This document shows positions 20,901 to 30,700 of a stretch of DNA of 64,000 nt, one piece after another. The DNA is from a virus. Under the pieces are notes generated by a model, which was given only the letters and a program-made list of their open reading frames with translations, did no database searches and was not told the DNA's origin. The first letter of the stretch is position 1. Each line of letters opens with the position of its first letter. The DNA lies in the IMG/VR virus record IMGVR_UViG_3300017971_000278, positions 1 to 64,000 of that record; one strand, given 5' to 3'. A program made the position numbers and the translations under genes.

Positions 20901-21341
20901 TTACATCATGCCAGAGCCTGGAGGGGCATACGCAACGCCCTTCGCAACAAGCTCATTTGCCGTAGCAACAGCTTCGTATCTACCACTTTTTAATTGTTGC
21001 AATCTTCTAGTTATCAAAGCAACACCATTACTTACACTAGTGCCGTGATAAAACACTATAACTTCCCATGACTCTGTTTCTCCACCTGTCATGTTGGCAG
21101 GAGAACCATAAAACATAGCAAGCTGATCTTCTGTACCTATAACAGGAATAGGACCAGTTTCACCAACAATATTACCATTGTTATCTAGTAGACTCATAGT
21201 GAAGACATATAAATCTTGGTATGATTTTTTAATAATAGCTCTTGCTGTTTTAAAACGATCTACATCTAAATGATCAGTCTTGCTGATTACTTGATTAATC
21301 TTTTTGCCAAATTGTGTATGTCCACCAATCTTACCAGGCAT
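20901..21341 (-). CDS. Baseplate-associated protein (possible spike OB-fold)
   Basis: 146 aa; TAATG-coupled to the hub gene; call based on position only. Confidence 0.5.
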   Translation of the reverse strand: MPGKIGGHTQFGKKINQVISKTDHLDVDRFKTARAIIKKSYQDLYVFTMSLLDNNGNIVGETGPIPVIGTEDQLAMFYGSPANMTGGETESWEVIVFYHGTSVSNGVALITRRLQQLKSGRYEAVATANELVAKGVAYAPPGSGMM

Positions 21342-24300
21342 TATGCTTCCTCCAGTCCACCAGTTGCGTCTGCGCCAAATAACTCATAAAAACCTTTTTG
21401 AGTATTAACAGAGGTTTCAAATATTTTCTCTGAAAGATCAAACCTATCCCATGCATCACTAAGATCATCCCAGTATTGATTCCATTTACCCTCGTATTGT
21501 AAGATCAATGAAGTATGATTAGGACCAAGAGAATTACTTAAGAATGGTTTACCACCAAGAGTTAATGGGGTTGCTAATACAGGAGCACCATCTTGTGTCC
21601 ACATTGCAAATTTAACGCCCGCACTCAAAGCAAGAAAACTAACAGTCTTAAGGGCATTGTATCCAGGGATTACAGCGCCAAGTGCAAAGTCTCCATAAGT
21701 ATACGACATTGCAGATGCTGCGACATCAAATACACTGGCAGTATAATAATCATTTGTTTCAACACAAAGGTCTGGTTTTATTACAGAAACATATCCTGTA
21801 TCACGATTAAATATATGGGTAACAGCTCCTACTTCGACAGGTCCAGTCATATTAATAGATGCGTCATTAATAAAACAAACATCATAAGGTTTAATATTTT
21901 CATCACCTATAACAATTAATTCACCTTTATAGGCGTCTCTTAATGTTGTTGCGAAAATACCTTGGGCATATTTTCTTGCCATATCAGTAGTAACACAAGA
22001 AGGGTATTCTGCAACATAAGATCTAATTGAAGACTCTGGTATATTCTCATCAAGCTTAACAGCAAAAACACCTGCTCCACCCCTGTGAACTTTCTCAACA
22101 TGCTCTACCACATCATCAGCATCATCATCAGTTATACTTCCTTCTTCTTCTGTGTAGTATATTTCTACTTCATTGTATGTACCATCAACAGATGTGCTAA
22201 TCTCATTCTTTAAGATATGGTGATAACTGTCAAAATAGTGATAATTTCTAAACGGTACATATCTACCAAACAACTCACCAAGTGCAAATCCAGTGTCGTA
22301 TCTAGAACCAGAGGTAAGAATATCGTTTACAAAAGCAGCTCCAAGAGTTGGAGAGCCACTAACAAATTTTTGTAAGTCATTAAGAAGACCTTTTTCTAAT
22401 AGTCCATCGCCAGTAAAAATATTCCAAACATTATTGCGTAGTTTTGTTATTTCATTTTTTGCGCCACGAGACAAAGCAACTTCCATTTCACTTGGTGGTC
22501 TACTCCAATAGTGTTGCATTTTACTACCAAAAAACATTGTCATTCTTGGTTCGTGACCATAAGGAACTGCCATAGATATATATCCAGGATGACGAAGTTC
22601 ATGTTCCTTAAATATTTCCCAAGGTGTTTGTTTTAATGGACGATACGCACAGGCGTTGTTCCAAAATGTATCCCAAGTTGAAGCATAGGTAGCAGGAGAT
22701 GGAGCATATATATTGTCATCTTGTGGATAGTTTAAGAATTGGTATCTATTAAACACACTTTCTAATCCTCTTGTAGACCATTCTGAAAGTATATTCCTTG
22801 GTGTTAATCCAGCAAGCAGACTATCTCCTCTTCCGCCTGTCCATGAGTGTCTTGCAGATGCAGGGTTTGCGCGATGATATCTATCTTGTCTACCAAAGTT
22901 TGCTATGGAATCTTGTATGATCGCGCCGGATAAAGCTTGCTGAGATGAATAGAAAACAGGACCATCCTCTAAAGGACCAAGCTGAACAGATTCTAATTCA
23001 GCACCATATCCTTGACAATGAATTTCAATAATCTTACCGTTCTCTGCGAGAGCAACTTCAACAACTTGTCCTAGAAACCTTGTTTTTAAATGGTTTGGAT
23101 TGGCTGCATACCCAAGACGAATTTGTACTTTAACACCATCTTGTAGGATCATTTTCTCAAAAGGGTGTTCTTGATCAGTGTCAGCAAAAATACCTTGTCG
23201 TTCTGCATCTTTGCCATACTTATTGACATCTTTGTCACTCTCACCAAATCTTCTTCGTAACAACAAACCACCTATATTGGTCATTCGTATTACAGCCATA
23301 GATGCAGCTATCTCTCTATCTTCGTGTATTTTGATTTCTTGTATAGCAGAGTAACTATAAAAATCATGAAAGGCTTTTAAGTGGCCACCACCAGCAAAGT
23401 CTGACTGTGCAGTGTCATCCTCTATAAAGAAGATTCTAAAAGTAGGGAAAGCCCTACGCATAGATAAGTCATTACGTTTTTTAGCTAGTGCAGTTTTAGA
23501 TGCTACTTGAGCTATACGTTTCTTTTCTTCTTTTTCTGCGTTTTCGGTAATAAAATGAGAATATTTTAACGCTCTCGTGTCTGAAAATATTGCCTCAGCA
23601 GTATTGCCTATTGCTTCTGCGTTATCAGTAATATCTGCGATAGCATTTAAGGCAGCAGTTGCTCCAGGAACAAGAAAAGCCATAGCACCCAAAGCACGTG
23701 CACCAAAGCCAAACAGATCAACTGCAGATACACCAGGAATAATATCTTTAATATCATACCTATCTTTTTCTCGTTCTTCAGCTGTAGAGCTAAAAGTAGC
23801 CCCACCATCTTTTGTAGTGGCTAAACGATTATTGCCTTTAGTAGAATCACCAGGTACAGAAGTACCTTCTAGATCATTTCTTGCTTCTATATTATTAGCA
23901 AGTCTGTCTTTTGCAGGGTCAAGTGCTTTGCCAGCATAAGCTGCATCAACAGGTTCCAGAAGTGGATTTGGACCAAATGCAAGAAGCTTATTCGCTTCAC
24001 CATACAGTGACTCTATAAGATTTGCATTGTACTTCTCGCCTACTCCTGAATCCCACTGTCTGTTTTCACGTATATATGGAGACAGTCTAGTGATAGCATC
24101 TAGGTATTTAAAGTTAGCACCTGATTTACTGTCTGCTCCATATTCTGTTGATACTTTCTTTTCCCATGAAGAGTAGCCATTGTTTACTGTATCAATGTCA
24201 TCCCTACGTGTATATATTGGTTCCCAAGCTTTTCCACCATTTTGAAAATAATTCCAATAATAACTAAGGTTTCTTTCGCCTTCTGATCTTTTGTGTTCTG

Positions 24301-27300
24301 ATGCTCTCTGTTCTAATATCTTTGGTAAGTTCTTTGACAAATAAGAACCACCAAGAAAAGATCCTTCTATGTATCTTTCTACAGATGCATAGGTATTGTT
24401 TACGTGATTCTCAAGACGCAACTCCATATTTTGACTATCTGTCATATTGGCAATTAATGGATCTTCACTAGAGTCATCATACACATAGTATTCTGGTGGC
24501 AAAGCAACTAGCGTACCAGGAAGATTTGGCATATGCATATCTTCATAGCATGAATTGATATTAGAAGCTACGAAGCCTATTGTGTCTTCTAGTACACCAG
24601 GAAAGAATCTACGCATATTCTCTTCGTCATTCATATATGTTTTAAACCTACGATAGATAGCATTCATTTCAGATGTCCATCTACGGAACACTTTACCGTG
24701 TGTTACATTTGTTTTTTGACCACCGTTATATCTAAAATCACCCCTGGTTTCTTTTAGTTTTTCTTCTGATATATTAATGGTATCTATTGGGTTTTCATGA
24801 TGATATGGATTAGAAGCATCATAATAATCACGAGCAATATTACGTTCGTCACTATGAATGTTTTCTACTCTACCATTCATAACGTGATCAGCGCCCCACT
24901 TCTTATATACGTCTTGCCACGTGAGTTCGCCTTTTGTACTTCTCTTCCATGCTATTGGTGGCATTTCTTCGTCAAGTCTTTTACAAATATCAACTGTATC
25001 AACAAGTAGTTTACCTAACCATTCTGGAGTGCCATTGACAGTCGTATAAGTTTTACCTGCAGAATCCGGATTGTATTGTACTAGGTTAGAATCCACACTA
25101 ATATTTGAAGTTATTTTATTAGAACCAATTTTAATATGTCTCATAAGCGCTCTAATGATTTTTTGCTTCTCACTTATAGTGGTGGCAAATTTATCTTCAA
25201 ACTGCTCACTAGCAAAATCTTGTGCAATAAACTCTATAATCAATTGATGTTTGTCTACACTCTCAGGAGCACTAACGTCTGCTGCATCAACAATGATTAC
25301 ATTTTTTATACCAGAAAGAGCTAGTATTGTATTTTGTCCACCGCGCCGGAAGAACGTATTAACTAATTCTATTGCACCAGATCCTTTTATAATAGAAGTG
25401 AATTGATTAGAATTATTAACAGCTTTTGAGAATAACTCTTTAAGAATATTAGCAGAGCGTTTTCCTTCTTTGCCAGCAAAGGTTAATACTATTTGACCAG
25501 TTTTATTACCCGCTCCGAGGAATTGGTAAGTATAATATGGCTGGCTTGTGAGTTTCATAGGAGCAATCCTATGTCCAAATGTTGTAGATATACTAGAACA
25601 AACTATATTTTTTAGTGCATTGCCAAAATTCTGAACTTCAGGATCACTGGAAATATTTAATTGTATATCCCTGTAAAATACATTTCTTACCTTTTGGTCG
25701 TCATAATAATAATGCCAACCATCGGCAGCCTGTTTATCTATCCATTTTTCTCTTGCTAATGGATCGTGTTTACTTGTGTTGTTTAACTTTGCTTGTAACG
25801 CTTTATACTCGGCTTCAGTTTTTGCTTCTTTGAGTATACGTTGTTTCTCTACCTGCTCAAAAACACTACCTTTATAGCTGGCAGTTTCTTCTTGTTGGGT
25901 GCGACGATCAGACTTTATATCATTTTCGTTGTGAATAGTATCAACGTCATCATCTATTTCTGTACTAGTACTTTGTTCAATGCCATATTTTTTTGTAAAG
26001 TAATTATGTAAGTAAGATTGATCACCTTTTATATATTGTGATTTCTTATTTGGGTAAGAAAGATCTATCCATATAGCATCAGTTGGGCGAGTATCAATAT
26101 GAACGAATTTAGAATTTGGATAAAAACCCTTTCCTGATCTTTTTAAGTTGTCTTTTGCCCAGGCAAAAAGATCTTCATTCGGCACGCCTTTGATAGTAAG
26201 ATCCATAGCATCCCCAATTACATGTTTGCGCACTTTGTTTGGCTTAGGGTCTTTTGTATAAAATTTATTTGTTGCAGGGTTAATTTTTCTCATCCAACCA
26301 GGGTCTCGTATACCAGAAACAAATGTAATAGTACGACCAGGATAATGATTAGCTATTTTTGCAAACAGCTTAATAAGTTCTTTTGATAAAAAGATAGACT
26401 TATTAGCTGTAAGCTTTCTTTTGTCTGCAAGCTTTGAAAGCTGATAAATTGTATCTGTCGGTATTTCTCCTTTTTCGTTTAACAAAGGAACAGAAATTGT
26501 TTTGCCAGATGCTTTATTTTTGAATCTTATTTTTCTCGTAGGGTCTACAGTGCCAGTATTTTTAGTCAAAGCTTCAATTTGTTTATCTTGCTCAGTCTGG
26601 CTATCGTGTGTTCTAAGTGTATCATCTAATGTTTTTTGGCCAATTAACTTTCTCCAATTCTTAGGAGAATAAAGTTCATCAACATCTTTGTATTTGTAGT
26701 CAATAAGATCTTGTAATGTAGCAGGGCTTTCCGCAAATTGACTATCCGGCGGCATAATTATTTTATATTCTCTGAATTTAAAACCAAGAGAATCTTTGGC
26801 GTCGTCAGTAATAGGTGCAGACATTGACTCTAAATGATTAGCAAAATACATCCAAGCGTCTGACTGTATTGGTAAATTTACAGGAACATGGTGGTTTTCT
26901 GCTGCATAAGTATTTAATATTTTATCTCTAATTTCATTATTTGCCTGATTTGATATTTTAGATAACACAAAATCAGATGACTCATACCCAGACAACTCAT
27001 CTAAATCAATCTGCTCAACTATTGCAGTAGATACTTGTGATTCATCAGATGGTTGAGTGTAACCAGGTAATTTTGCATTGTAATAAAAATGCTTACTAAA
27101 TGGTTTGTAATTAAAATAATGTAATTGTAAATCAAGCACAACCAATCCAACTGTTTCCATTGTGCTACGCAAACTACCTGCTTCTAAAATAAAGATAGTA
27201 GTTTCAAATTCATCAACACCTAATTTTTGTTTTATTGCATTGTTATGTACAAATACCAATGGATGTTTTGTTATCTCTGCCATCAAACGTCTAAGTTTAA

Positions 27301-27733
27301 CAACTTGTGATTCGCCCGGAGGAAAAGGAATGCTTAAATTCAAAGTAACATCTTGTCGGCCTTCTGAATCAATAATAGGAGCAGATGAACGTAGGGTTTC
27401 TCCAATAAATACATCAGTTTGTGTGGAAAGTGATATTCCAGTTATAGGTACATTGTACAAATGTATATCGTTTAATATTAAAAAACTATCAGGGAATGCA
27501 TAAAAGTGTGACGACGCTTTAAATATTTCTTCTGGCTTTTTGGATTTTTCAATTATCTCTTGTTGAAGGTCTGGTCTATTAGTTCCATCTGGAAAGTTTT
27601 CGCTAGACACACCATCAGACCATGGGTCAAATAAATCTTTATTGCGCTCGTAGTCTTCAAACTCGTTATTATTATTACGTTTTATAGGATCTTGTCCTTG
27701 TGTCCAATCTCCTTGCTTCCCATAATTTTTCAT
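21341..27733 (-). CDS. Baseplate hub / tail-associated lysin with peptidase M15 (YcbK/MepK-like) domain
   Basis: 2130 aa. M15 zinc motifs VSGIR...HVIGDAMD...FVHIDTR at about 26040-26540. C-terminal hub-like region (LQDGVKVQIRLGY...FLGQVVEV...IHCQGYGAEL; YKGELIVIGDENIKPYD). Confidence 0.8.
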   Translation of the reverse strand: MKNYGKQGDWTQGQDPIKRNNNNEFEDYERNKDLFDPWSDGVSSENFPDGTNRPDLQQEIIEKSKKPEEIFKASSHFYAFPDSFLILNDIHLYNVPITGISLSTQTDVFIGETLRSSAPIIDSEGRQDVTLNLSIPFPPGESQVVKLRRLMAEITKHPLVFVHNNAIKQKLGVDEFETTIFILEAGSLRSTMETVGLVVLDLQLHYFNYKPFSKHFYYNAKLPGYTQPSDESQVSTAIVEQIDLDELSGYESSDFVLSKISNQANNEIRDKILNTYAAENHHVPVNLPIQSDAWMYFANHLESMSAPITDDAKDSLGFKFREYKIIMPPDSQFAESPATLQDLIDYKYKDVDELYSPKNWRKLIGQKTLDDTLRTHDSQTEQDKQIEALTKNTGTVDPTRKIRFKNKASGKTISVPLLNEKGEIPTDTIYQLSKLADKRKLTANKSIFLSKELIKLFAKIANHYPGRTITFVSGIRDPGWMRKINPATNKFYTKDPKPNKVRKHVIGDAMDLTIKGVPNEDLFAWAKDNLKRSGKGFYPNSKFVHIDTRPTDAIWIDLSYPNKKSQYIKGDQSYLHNYFTKKYGIEQSTSTEIDDDVDTIHNENDIKSDRRTQQEETASYKGSVFEQVEKQRILKEAKTEAEYKALQAKLNNTSKHDPLAREKWIDKQAADGWHYYYDDQKVRNVFYRDIQLNISSDPEVQNFGNALKNIVCSSISTTFGHRIAPMKLTSQPYYTYQFLGAGNKTGQIVLTFAGKEGKRSANILKELFSKAVNNSNQFTSIIKGSGAIELVNTFFRRGGQNTILALSGIKNVIIVDAADVSAPESVDKHQLIIEFIAQDFASEQFEDKFATTISEKQKIIRALMRHIKIGSNKITSNISVDSNLVQYNPDSAGKTYTTVNGTPEWLGKLLVDTVDICKRLDEEMPPIAWKRSTKGELTWQDVYKKWGADHVMNGRVENIHSDERNIARDYYDASNPYHHENPIDTINISEEKLKETRGDFRYNGGQKTNVTHGKVFRRWTSEMNAIYRRFKTYMNDEENMRRFFPGVLEDTIGFVASNINSCYEDMHMPNLPGTLVALPPEYYVYDDSSEDPLIANMTDSQNMELRLENHVNNTYASVERYIEGSFLGGSYLSKNLPKILEQRASEHKRSEGERNLSYYWNYFQNGGKAWEPIYTRRDDIDTVNNGYSSWEKKVSTEYGADSKSGANFKYLDAITRLSPYIRENRQWDSGVGEKYNANLIESLYGEANKLLAFGPNPLLEPVDAAYAGKALDPAKDRLANNIEARNDLEGTSVPGDSTKGNNRLATTKDGGATFSSTAEEREKDRYDIKDIIPGVSAVDLFGFGARALGAMAFLVPGATAALNAIADITDNAEAIGNTAEAIFSDTRALKYSHFITENAEKEEKKRIAQVASKTALAKKRNDLSMRRAFPTFRIFFIEDDTAQSDFAGGGHLKAFHDFYSYSAIQEIKIHEDREIAASMAVIRMTNIGGLLLRRRFGESDKDVNKYGKDAERQGIFADTDQEHPFEKMILQDGVKVQIRLGYAANPNHLKTRFLGQVVEVALAENGKIIEIHCQGYGAELESVQLGPLEDGPVFYSSQQALSGAIIQDSIANFGRQDRYHRANPASARHSWTGGRGDSLLAGLTPRNILSEWSTRGLESVFNRYQFLNYPQDDNIYAPSPATYASTWDTFWNNACAYRPLKQTPWEIFKEHELRHPGYISMAVPYGHEPRMTMFFGSKMQHYWSRPPSEMEVALSRGAKNEITKLRNNVWNIFTGDGLLEKGLLNDLQKFVSGSPTLGAAFVNDILTSGSRYDTGFALGELFGRYVPFRNYHYFDSYHHILKNEISTSVDGTYNEVEIYYTEEEGSITDDDADDVVEHVEKVHRGGAGVFAVKLDENIPESSIRSYVAEYPSCVTTDMARKYAQGIFATTLRDAYKGELIVIGDENIKPYDVCFINDASINMTGPVEVGAVTHIFNRDTGYVSVIKPDLCVETNDYYTASVFDVAASAMSYTYGDFALGAVIPGYNALKTVSFLALSAGVKFAMWTQDGAPVLATPLTLGGKPFLSNSLGPNHTSLILQYEGKWNQYWDDLSDAWDRFDLSEKIFETSVNTQKGFYELFGADATGGLEEA

Positions 27734-27736
27734 TAA

Positions 27737-30700
27737 TTAAAGCCTCTCGTGAATTTTTCTCGCCAAAGAATTAGCATCTAATATAGATCTGTCATCTTTA
27801 GTTCTTATGTTCACACTGCCTCCGTTAGAGAGTTGTCGTGCGCTCCTCATTAGATCATCAGAGGAAGAATTCAGGTCATCAGTACGCATTCTTATATTAG
27901 CATGCGAGGTTCTTCTTCCGCCACCCATATCATATATTTTAGGTGACATATTCATACCAGGACTTGGTGGATTCATAGGATGACCGCCAACATAATCTGG
28001 ATTCTCAAAATCTACATTTCTTCCACTATTTGCGCCTTCTGGATTTCTCATAACACCAGCAGTACTAGGGGCCATAAGCATAATGCCAGCGGCAACCCCA
28101 AGTCCAGCAAGTAAAGGTTTCTTTGCTCTGCCAGCTGCACTAAGTAAACTTCTGGCTTTTACTTGCCCTCTCATAACAGCTCTTGATGCACGCATAGTGA
28201 ATTTGTTAATGTTACCAGCATTAGCTTGCATCATAGTTTTTGTAACATCTACAGATCCAGTGCGGCGAGAATGAAACATTCTAACAGCCTCTTCTAACGC
28301 AATGCCTCCACCATGTCTACCTCTAGATGCAGCATTAGCTTTCATTGCAGTATCTATTTCTTTGCTTACCGAGTCATAAGAACTAATTGCAGTCTCTGCC
28401 CATTTGCGTGGTTCATATTTTAAACTATGTTGAGTAACTCTTCCGCTAGCGTCAGTCATGGTTCCAGTAATAGTTCTTGGTTTGTCACCCATAATGGTTT
28501 TAATAACACCCTCTAGTCTGGCAGTACCTTTCTCTCCACCCTCATCAACAGCTTGTGTAATAGATTTATAAAAGTCACCTTCTAAAACACCATGTTTGCC
28601 ACCAATAGCAGCTTCTTCAAGATGCCAGAATAACTCAGCCATAGGTCTATATTGTTCAGCTTTGCTATATTGAACACCAAGTTTAAGTTTCTGTAGTGCT
28701 ATATTTACTTCACCAGTTGTGGTTTTTGCGGTAGATAATTTTCTATAGCCTTCTACCATGGGGTCTAACCCAGCACCCTTGCTAACGTTACCCTCAACCA
28801 TATCTTTCATGGCATAGTGATTAAACAAATACTGTGTATACCCTTCTCTAATATCTTTGTTCATAGCACGACGAGCTTGGTCAGAGGTTCTTCTATCTGA
28901 GATTAGCGATAATGTAAATTGATCCTTATCAAAGTCACCCTTCATACCAACCATTTCAGACACGTCAACATCTAAAACTCTGCTATCTTGAAATGATATT
29001 TTTCCAAATTTAGTAGGCGCGGCCAACATACCATCGACCATATTTGCATCTTTCTTAAAATTAACAAACTGAAATGACTCAGGCCCAGATGTAGGATGTC
29101 TCCATATGCCACCAGTAATAGATTCGCCTTTTCTAAAAGCTTCTCTTTGTTGTTGTAAGAATTGTATTTGGTCATCTGCTTGTGCGCGGCTTATTAGGTC
29201 ACCAAACATATCTTCACCAGTTGCACTTGAGATTCTGAACACACCAGGATCTTTAGCAAAAGTTTTTCTTTGGCCAGTAAGATATTTTGATCCAATAATC
29301 TTGCCTCTGGCTGAAGCTTGTGACTCTGCTTGTTGTACTACAGATGTTCTAAGTCCAGCAGCAGCCTCTTCTAGTTGCTCTGTAGTTATTTTGCCCATTT
29401 CTGCATCACGCATAGCACGTCTAAAACCACCTAGTTCTTTTACTAGTGGAGTGTCTATAAGTTCTCCTTTTGCCATTTTTGCTTGCATAAGTTCTGGAGC
29501 TTCTAATGTTCCAGGTATATACATAACATCAGACCCACCAAGAGCACCTAGTTTTCTACCAAGTTTTACGTACCTGCCTTCTGATTGTGCAATATCTCCA
29601 GACATAAAAGATTCTAATGGTCTACCTTGTCTGGCTAATTTATCAAACAACGACTCTTGACCTAATACAGTTGCAGCCATTTTGTCAGCAGCAGCAAGTT
29701 CACCTTTGCCAGCAATTCTTGTAGTTAGTTCAGCAGCATAACGCTGTCCTATTTCACCCTTCATAGACAATGCTCTAAATCCACTAGGCTCAAATGTTCC
29801 CCATTTGCCGGACCCACCTTCTGTTGCAATGTCACCAAGCATACCTTTGGTCAGCCCAACAACACCAGGTGAACGAGCAATATGACCAGCTTCTCTCCAT
29901 GACAATGTTCCAGATTTTGCAAAGTCAGACAATGTATCTCTACTCATAAGACCAAATGTAAGTTGCATTTCGTCTCTATTGAACTGCCAATTCTTTGCTA
30001 ATCCAACAAGATTTCTTTGTATTTGTGTGTGTGCTGAACTACCAGCAGACCTAACTAGTTGTTTAACATTCATAGCAGCAGTGGGGTTTTCTAAAAATGC
30101 TATTACTTCTGGTGTTGGTTGCATTGAACCAGATTGTATTTTTTGTGCAACAAACATAGAGGTAGCTTCAATTTGTTGGGTAAGTAGTGCCATTTTGTTT
30201 CTACCAACAAGCTTACCAGAGAACACAGCTTCTATTGGTTGGCCAGCTATATTAACTCTATCTCCCATTCCAGCGGCTTTAAGTACACCTCTCATTTTTG
30301 TTTCGTCGGCAGCAGAAGCCATATATTTACTTTCTTCGGAAAAATACTTCCACATCTCTGTAGAAGAAAGTTTTCTTCTTTCCCTAAGGTAAACATTTGC
30401 TTCGTTCTTGCCAGTTAATTCTGCACCAATAGCAGTAACACCAGCGTTACTATCTAATCCAGTTAAAATATCCTTACCCGTCCCTCGTTCTATACCGACA
30501 AATCCTTCTTTAGCACCTATATTTAAAGGTACTGTTTCGCCTATCTTTTTACCTTCAAGACTACTAGCAAGATTTTGGTTAACCATAAAACCTTTATCTA
30601 AAGCTACCTTCTTTTGCATGATACGTTCATATTCCATCATACCAGTAACACTCTTAGAAATAACTCCTTCTTCGGCAGCAAGCATTTGATTAAGTGCTCT

